Of a stretch of DNA of 64,000 nt, positions 1 through 8,988 are shown in pieces. The number at the start of each line of letters is the position of its first letter. Positions within the stretch are counted from its first letter, which is position 1. The notes under the pieces were generated by a model, which saw only the letters and a program-made list of their open reading frames with translations, had not been told where the DNA came from and did no database searches. Made by a program: the position numbers and the translations under genes. Source of the stretch: Bacteroidales bacterium (GTDB taxonomy: Bacteria > Bacteroidota > Bacteroidia > Bacteroidales > UBA12481); contig JAQUCP010000002.1 in the NCBI GenBank assembly GCA_028686135.1, positions 11,306 through 75,305 of the forward strand, written 5' to 3'.

Positions 1-1066
1 ACGAATCTACCTGCTTGAAATAGTTGAATATATCCTCCTGCCGTTCAGGAGGAATACCGATCCCGGTATCTCTGACATAAAACAAAATGCGTCCCGCTTC
101 GGGAACCCGATAACCAAATTGGATGAAACCCTTAGGCGTGAATTTTAACGCATTGACCAGCAGGTTTATGAGAACTTGCCGCAATCGGTTTGAATCAGCC
201 TTAATCATAAAAATCCCTTCCGGAATGCCCTTCTCTAGGCTCAGAATAATATGTTTTTTGCTTCTTGTTTTTTTCTCGTTTTCAATGATCATGAAAATTT
301 CCTCAAGTTCGCTGTTGAGATCAAATGTTGAGGGCCGAATTTGTAGCAAATTACTCTCCAGTTTCGAAATGTCAATGATGTCGTTAACTAGTTGAATCAA
401 TAGATTGTTATTTTGATTGATATATTCAAAATAGCGGGTTTTTTCCTCATCTTCCAGGCCCTCCTCGACCAATATCTGGGAAAACCCAACAATCGCGTTC
501 AATGGGGTGCGCATATCGTGGGACATGCTAGCGAGAAAGGCGGATTTTTTTCGATCGCTCTCTTTGGCCTCAACCATAGCCCTGACTAGACTAATTTCGT
601 TCTTTTTCCTCACGGTTATATCGTGGAAGATTAACAAAGCCTGACTGGGCAATCCACTCTTAACTGGTTCCGGAACGATCTTAAGTTCAATGAATTGTTC
701 TATCTCACCGGGTCTACGAATGGTTCCTTCCACGACAGCGGCCCGACCTAGCTGAAAGGTGTCCTCCAGAATGTGCTCCTTTTTAAGGTGGAAGTGATTC
801 TCCCTCATAATCTGGGTCAAGTCTTTGCCAACACAAAAGCTCGACTCCAGGCCAAAATAGATCAAAGAGGCTGGATTGAGCCAAAGAATCCGGTGCTCCT
901 TATCAATTCGAATGATCAGATCTGCTATGTTGTTGGTGATAAACTCAAAATCAGCATTTTTTCGTCTGATTGCGCGAGTTTCCCGAATGACCAACAGCAC
1001 GGTTGCCATCAGAAGGATCGAGAGAATCGAGAGAACAGGTAGTGCAAACCAGAGGTTGATCCACAT
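1..1066 (-). CDS. PAS-domain sensor histidine kinase (partial; C-terminus lies beyond window start)
   Basis: The ORF is open to the window edge, so it is absent from the track. My minus-strand translation from ATG 1066..1064 gives MWINLWFALPVLSILSILLMATVLLV (TM anchor), a PAS-like segment, FLASMSHDMRTPLNAIVGFSQIL (HisKA H-box), RLRQVLINLLVNALKFTPKG (N-box) and VRDTGIGIPPERQEDIF (G1 box). Confidence 0.85.
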   Translation of the reverse strand, partial: MWINLWFALPVLSILSILLMATVLLVIRETRAIRRKNADFEFITNNIADLIIRIDKEHRILWLNPASLIYFGLESSFCVGKDLTQIMRENHFHLKKEHILEDTFQLGRAAVVEGTIRRPGEIEQFIELKIVPEPVKSGLPSQALLIFHDITVRKKNEISLVRAMVEAKESDRKKSAFLASMSHDMRTPLNAIVGFSQILVEEGLEDEEKTRYFEYINQNNNLLIQLVNDIIDISKLESNLLQIRPSTFDLNSELEEIFMIIENEKKTRSKKHIILSLEKGIPEGIFMIKADSNRLRQVLINLLVNALKFTPKGFIQFGYRVPEAGRILFYVRDTGIGIPPERQEDIFNYFKQVDS

Positions 1067-1077
1067 AGGCTTATTGA

Positions 1078-2508
1078 CTATTTAATTCTGAAAACCAGAG
1101 CTAAAAAAGATTCCCGTGATGTTTTTACTTTACGTGGTACTTCCAGTAGTAATCCTTCGTCAGTCTGCTTGGCTTTGATCCTTCCCCTGAAACCTAGAAG
1201 CTCAACACTTGGCCTGCGAATATCGGAAACCCCTTTTATTAAAATCTCATTAGGGAGAAGCTCACCCTCCTTGACCGAATAGATAGCGTAACGGGCAGAT
1301 CCGTCCTTCGACTGGGTATAATGCAGAGGACCCTCATAATAGGGGGCTAGCTTACGGGTATGGTATATAGCTTCCCCGTTCAGTTCCATCCATTCGCCCA
1401 CGCCCTCCAAGGTGCGATAGGCACCCTCATCCCATTGACCATCAGGACTTGGTGCAATATTGAGGAGTAGATTGCCGCCTTTTGATACGATATCTATCAG
1501 AATATGAACGACTTCCCGACTGGTTTTGTATCTGGCATTGAATGCATAGGACCATCCTCCACCCATGATGATGCATGATTCCCAGGGGTAAGACAGTTGT
1601 TCCTGAGGAACGGTATTTTCCGGGGTGAGATAGTTTTGATTAGGGCCCTCCACAGCACGGTCCACGACAATCAGTCCGGGCTGCTTCTGACGGGCTTTGG
1701 CCACTAGTTCATCCATACGGATATCCTGATTTTGTACCCGCGTAAAATTGTAATTGGGCGAATGAACATAGTGATCCACTTCCTCCTGAGTCATTTTTTG
1801 CACCCATCCACCATCTAGCCAGAGGATATCGACCGGACCGTAATCGGTCATCAATTCCATAATTTGATTGTGGGTGTACTGGACAAAATTCTCCCATTTA
1901 TCGGGATATCGGGTGACATCATAATTGACGTGGCGGTCGGGAGTGGCGAAGTTGGGCCACCAATAGTACTCACTATGCCAGTCGGGCTTACTGAAATAGG
2001 CACCGGTCCACAGTCCCTCTGCCCGGAATGCTTTGAAGATCTCCAGGGTGATGTTTGCTTTTGAGTTATTGGAGAAGGGTGTTTTGGGGTCGGTGATCTT
2101 GTAATCGGTGTATTGGGTATCGAACATGCAGAAGCCATCATGGTGCTTAGTGGTAAAGATCACGTATTTCATGCCGGCATCTGCTGCGGCTTTTGCCCAT
2201 TTCCCCGGGTCAAAACCCGTTGGGTTGAATGTTAGAGGGAGTTCTTCGTACTTCTTTTTGTATTCGGTGTAATGATCTGTTGGGCGAGCACACCAGGGCT
2301 CATCTTCCGAACAGATCGACCATGATTCCACGATGCCCCACTGGCTGTAAGGACCCCAATGCATCAACAGGCCAAACTTGATATCCTGCCACTGTTCTAG
2401 CTTTTCCTTAACGAGAGGATCTTCTACCGGGAAGTACTTTTGGGTTTCGTGCTGGCCATATGCACTCAGGGTAAAACCGACCAGCATCATGACAAAAAGC
2501 TTTTTCAT
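1078..2508 (-). CDS. alpha-L-fucosidase, glycoside hydrolase family 29, secreted
   Basis: 476-aa ORF with signal peptide MKKLFVMMLVGFTLSAYG. GH29 hallmarks HWGPYSQWG and KYVIFTTKHHDGFCMFDT. Confidence 0.85.
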   Translation of the reverse strand: MKKLFVMMLVGFTLSAYGQHETQKYFPVEDPLVKEKLEQWQDIKFGLLMHWGPYSQWGIVESWSICSEDEPWCARPTDHYTEYKKKYEELPLTFNPTGFDPGKWAKAAADAGMKYVIFTTKHHDGFCMFDTQYTDYKITDPKTPFSNNSKANITLEIFKAFRAEGLWTGAYFSKPDWHSEYYWWPNFATPDRHVNYDVTRYPDKWENFVQYTHNQIMELMTDYGPVDILWLDGGWVQKMTQEEVDHYVHSPNYNFTRVQNQDIRMDELVAKARQKQPGLIVVDRAVEGPNQNYLTPENTVPQEQLSYPWESCIIMGGGWSYAFNARYKTSREVVHILIDIVSKGGNLLLNIAPSPDGQWDEGAYRTLEGVGEWMELNGEAIYHTRKLAPYYEGPLHYTQSKDGSARYAIYSVKEGELLPNEILIKGVSDIRRPSVELLGFRGRIKAKQTDEGLLLEVPRKVKTSRESFLALVFRIK

Positions 2509-2519
2509 GGTAAGAACTT

Positions 2520-4856
2520 CTATTCAACAATGATTTCATCAACAAAAAGCCAGGCGTTGAATCCGGCCCCGGCGTGCCAGGGTGGGCAAAAGCCTGTGTT
2601 TGAGGCAATAATCCGTAAATAGCGGACAGATTGAGGGTCAAAGTTAATGATGAAGTCCTGGATTTCTCGCTGTTGACTCCGGATATCTTTTTCGTTTTCA
2701 ACTCGTCCTTGCATCACAAACTCACGAGATTGTCCGGCTGTCCAAACTTCCACGGCAGTGGGGAAGAATACCCAGCTTCCGATGGAGTGCAGGGTTCCAA
2801 CTGTAACCTTTCTGACCGGGATCGCTGACCCAAGGTCGATTTCGGCAACCATATCATTTCCCTCAAATCCTTGCCATTGGCCATCCGATAAGTTAATAGA
2901 GCCTCTTAGACTGTTGACGAGGGCTTCGTTTCCACCGGCTGGGTATTTAACCGAGTATCCGTTGATATAGGTGACTGGTTTACCGGTGGCCAGGTGTACC
3001 ACAATTTCTGTGGAAGATATCGGAGAGAATAATTTCCGGTTAAGGAATGTGGCAGCTTTTATGGTGGCTGACTGACCTAGCACGATTGGCTCAGAATACT
3101 CGGTGCTTGAAATTGTTGGGTTGCTTCCATCCGATGTGTAGCGGATTTTTGCACCTGGGAACCCAGAACTTAGAATTACCTGAAATTCCTGCTTTTCAGT
3201 GTTATAGCTTGTTTTTGCCTCTACGATTCCAAAACTGCGTGAGTAATTGATATCCAGGTAGTTATAACGTTTTATCTGTTGTGTGAGCCGGGTTAGAAAA
3301 TCCTCATAGTCTTTATTGGTGGCTAGGCTCCAGCAGACTTCGGCCAGAGCCGCTAGCCTGGGATAGGTCATGTAATCGGCATGGTCGGGATCGGCAACAT
3401 ATTCGGTCCAGAGATTGGCTTGACCTCCCAGGATCAGGTGGCTCTCCTCTTCTGTTAACTGCTCGGGAACAGGTTCGAAAGAGTAGATTTTTTCCAGGGG
3501 GATGTATCCTCCTATCGCCAGGGGTTCCAAATCCGGGCTACCCTGATAGTAATCAATGTAGCAATGGGTATTGGGAGTCATGATCACAGGGTGACCGGCT
3601 CTAGCGGCTTCAATGCCTCCCTCGATGCCACGCCATGACATCACGGTGGCATTTTCCGCCAGGCCGCCTTCCAGAATCTCATCCCACCCAATAAGTTTTC
3701 TTCCCTTGCTGGTCAGGAACTGGTCAATCCTTCGGATAAAATAGCTTTGGAGCTCATCTTCATTGTTGAGTTTCTCTTGTTTGATTCTTTGCTGGCAATC
3801 CGGACAGCTTTCCCATTCTGTTTTGTCTGCTTCATCCCCGCCAATGTGGATATAAGGTGAGGGGAAGAGTTCAATAACTTCTGATAGGATATCCTCGAGA
3901 AAAGAAAAAGTCTCCTCTTTTCCTGCACAAAAGATGTTGGAACAAGGCCAGATGCCGCCGGGCAGGACAGTCAGTGGTTCACCGGTACAGGAATACTCCG
4001 GGTAGGCTGCTAATGCTGCGGTTGCGTGTGCCGGCATTTCGATTTCGGGGATGATTGTGATATTGCGCTCTGATGCATATTGCACCAGCTTACGAATGTC
4101 GTACTGGGTATAAAATCCACCATAATCAGCCACTTCGCCAGGCTGTTGTAGCTCGCGTGAGTTCCAATGATCGCTTTCCCGATTGACCCTCCAAGCTCCA
4201 ACCTCGGTAAGCTTTGGATATTTTTTGATTTCAATTCGCCAACCCTGATCGTTGGTTAGGTGCAGATGGAACTTATTGAGCTTATGGTAGGCCAGCTGAT
4301 CGATCACTCGATAGAGATGATCAAGAGGGAAGAAATGTCTGGACACATCCAGCATATAGCCTCTATAAGTGAAACGTGGGGAATCGGAGATCCTGACAGA
4401 TGGCAGGCTCCATCTCGTTTTGACCGGCTCGGCCGAGTAGATTTCAGGAGGTAAAAGCTGAAAGAGGGTCTGAATGCCGTTAAATACCCCGCCCGGATCG
4501 GCTGCGGTAATGCTGATCTCCCGGCCCGATGCGATTAGGGTGTATCCTTCAATTCCGAGTGAATCCATGAGCTGCTCGTCTAAAAGTAACCTGATGGCTG
4601 ACGAGCCGGGCTCATTGGTAACGGGCAGCTCTATACCACTAGCTTTCAAGAACCTGTCGGCCAGGTAGTTGGCGTGAAATGATAGTGCTTGGTGGTTTTG
4701 GGTTACAATAGACCATCCGCGGTTAATCGTTACCTGTCCTCCCGGTTCCTCCATGGAAACTGGTGCTGGAATGATCAGTGGTTTCTGAGCGGTTTTGGTA
4801 CAAGATAAGAAGAGCAATGACAGGGCGACGGAGATGAACAGGTGCCGGGTTTTCAT
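2520..4856 (-). CDS. beta-N-acetylhexosaminidase, glycoside hydrolase family 20, with C-terminal F5/8-type-C/CBM32-like module
   Basis: 778-aa ORF with a lipoprotein-like signal (SLLFLSC). GH20 motifs RGYMLDVSRHFF, FHLHLTNDQGWR and HIGGDEADKTEW. The C-terminal ~150 aa resembles discoidin-type carbohydrate-binding modules. Confidence 0.85.
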   Translation of the reverse strand: MKTRHLFISVALSLLFLSCTKTAQKPLIIPAPVSMEEPGGQVTINRGWSIVTQNHQALSFHANYLADRFLKASGIELPVTNEPGSSAIRLLLDEQLMDSLGIEGYTLIASGREISITAADPGGVFNGIQTLFQLLPPEIYSAEPVKTRWSLPSVRISDSPRFTYRGYMLDVSRHFFPLDHLYRVIDQLAYHKLNKFHLHLTNDQGWRIEIKKYPKLTEVGAWRVNRESDHWNSRELQQPGEVADYGGFYTQYDIRKLVQYASERNITIIPEIEMPAHATAALAAYPEYSCTGEPLTVLPGGIWPCSNIFCAGKEETFSFLEDILSEVIELFPSPYIHIGGDEADKTEWESCPDCQQRIKQEKLNNEDELQSYFIRRIDQFLTSKGRKLIGWDEILEGGLAENATVMSWRGIEGGIEAARAGHPVIMTPNTHCYIDYYQGSPDLEPLAIGGYIPLEKIYSFEPVPEQLTEEESHLILGGQANLWTEYVADPDHADYMTYPRLAALAEVCWSLATNKDYEDFLTRLTQQIKRYNYLDINYSRSFGIVEAKTSYNTEKQEFQVILSSGFPGAKIRYTSDGSNPTISSTEYSEPIVLGQSATIKAATFLNRKLFSPISSTEIVVHLATGKPVTYINGYSVKYPAGGNEALVNSLRGSINLSDGQWQGFEGNDMVAEIDLGSAIPVRKVTVGTLHSIGSWVFFPTAVEVWTAGQSREFVMQGRVENEKDIRSQQREIQDFIINFDPQSVRYLRIIASNTGFCPPWHAGAGFNAWLFVDEIIVE

Positions 4857-4866
4857 TTCTGAAGAG

Positions 4867-6246
4867 TTATTTGCTGTTTTTTGTGGTGGTCTTAATTTTG
4901 ATATTCCTAAAACTCACTCGATTTCCGTGATCCTGAAGGAGGATGTGCCCTTCAGTGGCATTGCCGAATCCAGGATAGACGGAATACTTGCTTTTCTGGA
5001 CTAATGCATTGAACAATTGATTGTTACGATCGTATTCAACCATTTTTACGCCATTAAGCCAATGTTCCACATGATTGCCTGAAACCACTAGTCGTGCATT
5101 ATTCCATTGGCTTGGAGGATTGACAGGCTTATTAGCCGGTGCTGGGATCAGGTCGTATAATGAGGCTAATTTCCGGTTGCCACCAACGCCTTGATTCGCA
5201 TCGGGATGGTTATCGTCGTCAAGTAATTGATATTCAAGGCCTATAGCAGATCCTGAACCCTGATTCAAACCTTCAATCACCAAATATTTAATTCCGCTGT
5301 TGGCCCCTTTGGTTAGCCTAAAGTCGAGAGATAATTCGAAATCAGCATACTTTTTGACCGTAATGATATCGCCACCATGACTGCTTTCCTCTCCGCCCGA
5401 TTCGTTGACGGTGAGAGTTCGGTTAATGATTTCCCAGCCTTTTTGAGGGAATTTGTTTTGATCAGCTCCGCGCCATCCTGAGGTGGATTGACCATCCCAC
5501 AAAAGTTGCCAACCCTCGCGCATTTCAGCACGTGTCAGGGTGTTGGGTATAGTTGATATCTCTTTCACCCAGCCTGGCATGAACCACTGATGTTTTTCAA
5601 GATCAGTAGTTAATATTCTGATATCGCGCCATTTTACCTCAAGATTGGCTTTTGAGGGATCGTTACCGACACTATGAACTTGAAGTGCGATAAAACCGCT
5701 GGCATCGAGGTCGTCGGTCAGATTAGCGGCAGGAACACCATTGATCCAGGTTCGGATGGAGTGGCCAATGGCTTCGATCCGGTACCGATTCCATTGGTTC
5801 TGTCTGAATGCTTTCTGTGCTGCCGGATTCTCCTCAAGAGTATAGAGCCAGGCTCGCCTAGCTTCGTCGTAAATGCCAGCACTCCAGGCTCTTTCAGAAG
5901 GATCAATTTCAATCTGGTATCCATGAACCCGCCCGTTTTGATACTCTTTCATACTATGGCTACGAATCTGTACGCCAGAATTGAGAGAGGGATCGACCCA
6001 GACATCAAATTCAAGAATGAAATCGCCATACTCTTTCACAGTGCAAAGGAAGCTGTTGGGTGATCCAGGCACTGTTCTGCCAATGACCTGACCATCTTTG
6101 ACTTCATATTTCGCTGTCCCATTTAATTGCTTCCATCCTCTCAGCGAATTACCCCGAATGAGGGAGGTCCAGGGTTCCTGAGCATTTGTGTTTATCGAAC
6201 AGAAAAGCAATAAGATAGCAATGAGCTTCAACTCTCGGTTTCTCAT
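4867..6246 (-). CDS. secreted protein with two tandem DUF1080 (3-keto-disaccharide hydrolase-like) domains
   Basis: 459-aa ORF with a signal peptide ([13 protein letters not shown]). First copy: [19 protein letters not shown] ... GFIALQVH. Second copy: [16 protein letters not shown] ... [20 protein letters not shown]. Confidence 0.75.
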   Translation of the reverse strand: MRNRELKLIAILLLFCSINTNAQEPWTSLIRGNSLRGWKQLNGTAKYEVKDGQVIGRTVPGSPNSFLCTVKEYGDFILEFDVWVDPSLNSGVQIRSHSMKEYQNGRVHGYQIEIDPSERAWSAGIYDEARRAWLYTLEENPAAQKAFRQNQWNRYRIEAIGHSIRTWINGVPAANLTDDLDASGFIALQVHSVGNDPSKANLEVKWRDIRILTTDLEKHQWFMPGWVKEISTIPNTLTRAEMREGWQLLWDGQSTSGWRGADQNKFPQKGWEIINRTLTVNESGGEESSHGGDIITVKKYADFELSLDFRLTKGANSGIKYLVIEGLNQGSGSAIGLEYQLLDDDNHPDANQGVGGNRKLASLYDLIPAPANKPVNPPSQWNNARLVVSGNHVEHWLNGVKMVEYDRNNQLFNALVQKSKYSVYPGFGNATEGHILLQDHGNRVSFRNIKIKTTTKNSK

Positions 6247-6298
6247 AATGGAAATACTTTTATTTTTGCCGATTCTGATAATTGCTTGTCACAATAAA

Positions 6299-7459
6299 AT
6301 GAAAAATTTCGAATATTACAACCCGGTCAGAATCCTCTTTGGACGTGGCGTGATCGCCAAAATCGGAGAACAGATTCCCGAAGGAGTGCCAGTATTGCTA
6401 TCGTATGGTGGAGGTAGCATCAAGCGGAACGGTGTGTTTGAACAGGTTGTTGCGGCTCTGAAGGGCCACACTTTTTATGAATTCTCTGGCATTCAGCCAA
6501 ATCCAACTTACGAACAGCTGTTGCCAGCTTTAGATCTGATTCGCGAAAAGAAGATCGGATTTATTTTGGCCGTGGGGGGAGGATCGGTGATTGACGGCTC
6601 GAAATTCCTTGCAGCTGCTGCGCGGTATGATGGTCAGGATCCATGGGACATTTTGCTCAATCGTGCTCCGGTTTATTCTGCTGTCCCACTTGGAACGGTA
6701 CTCACCCTCCCAGCCACCGGTACAGAGATGAATGCCAATGCGGTGATTACCCGCAAAGGATTGGGGCAGAAGTTATCTTTTGCTTCTCCATGGGTCATGC
6801 CCCGGTTTTCCGCACTGGATCCCGAAGTGACTTACTCCCTGCCGAAAAATCAGATAGCCAATGGGGTGGTGGATGCTTTTATTCATGTGCTGGAGCAGTA
6901 TCTGACCTATCCTGCTCATGCAGAAGTGCAGGACCGGTACGCCGAAAGTCTTCTGATGATTCTTAAGGATGTTGGCTCTAAGGTTTATGCTTCCGAGGTT
7001 CCGGTGTATGAAGATCGTGCAAATTTCATGTGGGCGGCAACAAATGCGCTAAACGGTACTCTCTCTTTAGGGGTGGTAACTGATTGGACAACCCACACTC
7101 TAGGGCATGAGCTGACTGCCATGTATGGACTGGATCATGCTGTAACGCTGGCAATTGTTCTTCCGGGAGTCATGAAAGTCACGTCTGAGAAGAGACAGGA
7201 AAAGATGCTTCAATATGCTGAACGGATCTGGGGAATCACCAGTTTTGATCCTCAATCGGCAATCAATGAGGCTATCCGGCATACCGAGCAATTCTTTAAA
7301 TGTCTGGGAATCAAGACGCTTCTATCAGATTATCAGATTGGCCCTGAAGTAATTACTCAGGTAGTGGAAAATCTCAGGAGCAGGGGAGTTACCCGTTTGG
7401 GGAATGCTCAGGATCTAACCATTGAAGATGTTCCTGGAATTTTGGAGTCGAGACTCTAA
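6299..7459 (+). CDS. iron-containing (group III) alcohol dehydrogenase, YqhD/butanol dehydrogenase-like
   Basis: I moved the start to ATG 6299 (MKNFEYYNPVRILFG), because the track start at 6188 would overlap the divergent upstream gene. Motifs GGGSVIDGSKFLAAA and HTLGHELTAMYGLDHA. Confidence 0.85.
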   Translation: MKNFEYYNPVRILFGRGVIAKIGEQIPEGVPVLLSYGGGSIKRNGVFEQVVAALKGHTFYEFSGIQPNPTYEQLLPALDLIREKKIGFILAVGGGSVIDGSKFLAAAARYDGQDPWDILLNRAPVYSAVPLGTVLTLPATGTEMNANAVITRKGLGQKLSFASPWVMPRFSALDPEVTYSLPKNQIANGVVDAFIHVLEQYLTYPAHAEVQDRYAESLLMILKDVGSKVYASEVPVYEDRANFMWAATNALNGTLSLGVVTDWTTHTLGHELTAMYGLDHAVTLAIVLPGVMKVTSEKRQEKMLQYAERIWGITSFDPQSAINEAIRHTEQFFKCLGIKTLLSDYQIGPEVITQVVENLRSRGVTRLGNAQDLTIEDVPGILESRL

Positions 7460-7498
7460 ACTCGAGACTCTTAACTCTTTACTCTAAATCTTCTAAGC

Positions 7499-8368
7499 TT
7501 AAAATCCCCCCACCGATACTCCGTGGAGATAAAACAGAACACGGTCAATGATCACAGCAGCCCAGGCAAAAATAAAGGCTGCAATTGAGGGGATAAACAG
7601 GTATCGGTTTTTGATCATACAGGATTTAATGGAGAAAAGGGCCCATAATCCGCAACTCGCGGTTAAGCCCATCGCAACGATTCCGAGGAGAAAGAGGGTT
7701 AGCTTATTTTTCAGTACTACTTCCAGGCTGGCTCTGGTGGCGTCATTGGCTTCGCCGAGCCAGGTCATATAGAATGGTAGCACGACCAGGTGCAATGTAG
7801 AGATTGCTATAATTATGATAGCCAAGGCTTTCTGACTAGACCAGGAGCCACTGTTAATTTGGAATAGCAGCAATAGTGCTGATCCGGTAAGCAATGTCGT
7901 CAGATAAAATCCAATAGGCGTAAAGATGGAATTCCAAGCTGGGCGAGTCGGTAGGAGATAGACCGTAGCCATGACGTATATCACCACTATTCCGGCAATC
8001 AGCGTGAGGATCGTTAGCCAGTGGTGATGTCTTTGGGGGTAGGGGATCACAAATTGCAGAACTGTTAATGCCAGCAAAGAACCCAGGTAAATTAATACCG
8101 TAAAAATCTCGAGAGATAACCGGGAGGAACCTAGGTTAGCAACTGCTCGGTAGGAACTGAGCGGGTTACCAAGGTGCATGAAAGAGGCCGCCACACCTAC
8201 CAGGGCAGCAGCAGAGGATACGATCAGGATCCATTTAAAACGCCGGGGAATCTCGTTTTTACTTCTAAAATGCGGGAACAGCAGGAAAAGGCCATAGACG
8301 GTGACGATTCCTACCGAAAATTGCACTAACAGGGTAAAGATCACCAGGGGTAGAGTGTTGTCAGCCAT
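7499..8368 (-). CDS. DmsC-like membrane anchor subunit of a DMSO-reductase-family enzyme
   Basis: About 289 aa from MADNTLPLVIFTLLVQFSVG (ATG 8368). About 8 hydrophobic helices. It overlaps the upstream FeS-subunit gene by 8 nt. Position and size match DmsC/YnfH. Confidence 0.7.
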   Translation of the reverse strand: MADNTLPLVIFTLLVQFSVGIVTVYGLFLLFPHFRSKNEIPRRFKWILIVSSAAALVGVAASFMHLGNPLSSYRAVANLGSSRLSLEIFTVLIYLGSLLALTVLQFVIPYPQRHHHWLTILTLIAGIVVIYVMATVYLLPTRPAWNSIFTPIGFYLTTLLTGSALLLLFQINSGSWSSQKALAIIIIAISTLHLVVLPFYMTWLGEANDATRASLEVVLKNKLTLFLLGIVAMGLTASCGLWALFSIKSCMIKNRYLFIPSIAAFIFAWAAVIIDRVLFYLHGVSVGGF

Positions 8369-8987
8369 TTTTAACCTCCTCCGGATTAATGATACGGGCA
8401 CTGAGCTCTTTTGCTTTGGTTTCAGCGGGGTGCGATTTAATCACCCATCCGGCTCCAACCAGATCACCATCGGGTAAAGGATACAGGGTAGTTTGATTCC
8501 CGTATCGTTTTTGTAACTCGTCTAACGGGCCAAAATCAAGGGCACGCATGGGACAGGAAGAGACGCAAACCGGGACCTTGCCGTCTGCAAGATAATCACG
8601 GCATAAGTCGCATTTCTGCATGATACCCAGCTTCTTATTGTATTGCGGTGCACCGTAAGGACAGGCCCATTCGCAGTATCGACAGCCGATGCATTTCTTG
8701 GGGTCAACTGCCACAATTCCATTGTCGTCTTTGTACATCGCCTGGGTGGGACAGGCTTTAACACAGGGAGCATCTTCGCAATGATTACAGGCAACAGAAA
8801 TGTTATAGGCAGCAATTTCGGGAACCCATGTATTCTGATCATCCTGTCTCCAGGTAGCCCCGCAGATCTCATAAATCCTCCGGAAACGAATGCCAACCGG
8901 AAGATCATTCTTGTCCTGGCAGGCTATCTGGCAGGTTTTGCAGCCAGAGCAGGCGGAAGCGTCAAAATAGAATCCGAATTTTGCCAT
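8361..8987 (-). CDS. DmsB-like four-cluster 4Fe-4S electron-transfer subunit
   Basis: Start at MAKFGFYFDASACSGCKTCQIACQDKN (ATG 8987, one base after the A-subunit stop). Four Cys groups: CSGCKTCQIAC, CNHCEDAPCVKACP, CIGCRYCEWACP and CDLC...CVSSCP. Confidence 0.85.
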   Translation of the reverse strand: MAKFGFYFDASACSGCKTCQIACQDKNDLPVGIRFRRIYEICGATWRQDDQNTWVPEIAAYNISVACNHCEDAPCVKACPTQAMYKDDNGIVAVDPKKCIGCRYCEWACPYGAPQYNKKLGIMQKCDLCRDYLADGKVPVCVSSCPMRALDFGPLDELQKRYGNQTTLYPLPDGDLVGAGWVIKSHPAETKAKELSARIINPEEVKNG

Positions 8988-8988
8988 G

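Noticed and set aside
6188-6298. Upstream extension of the alcohol dehydrogenase ORF ([18 protein letters not shown]...).
   Set aside because: It overlaps the 5' end of the divergent DUF1080 gene (up to 6246). The conserved Fe-ADH N-terminus begins at MKNFEYYNP (6299).
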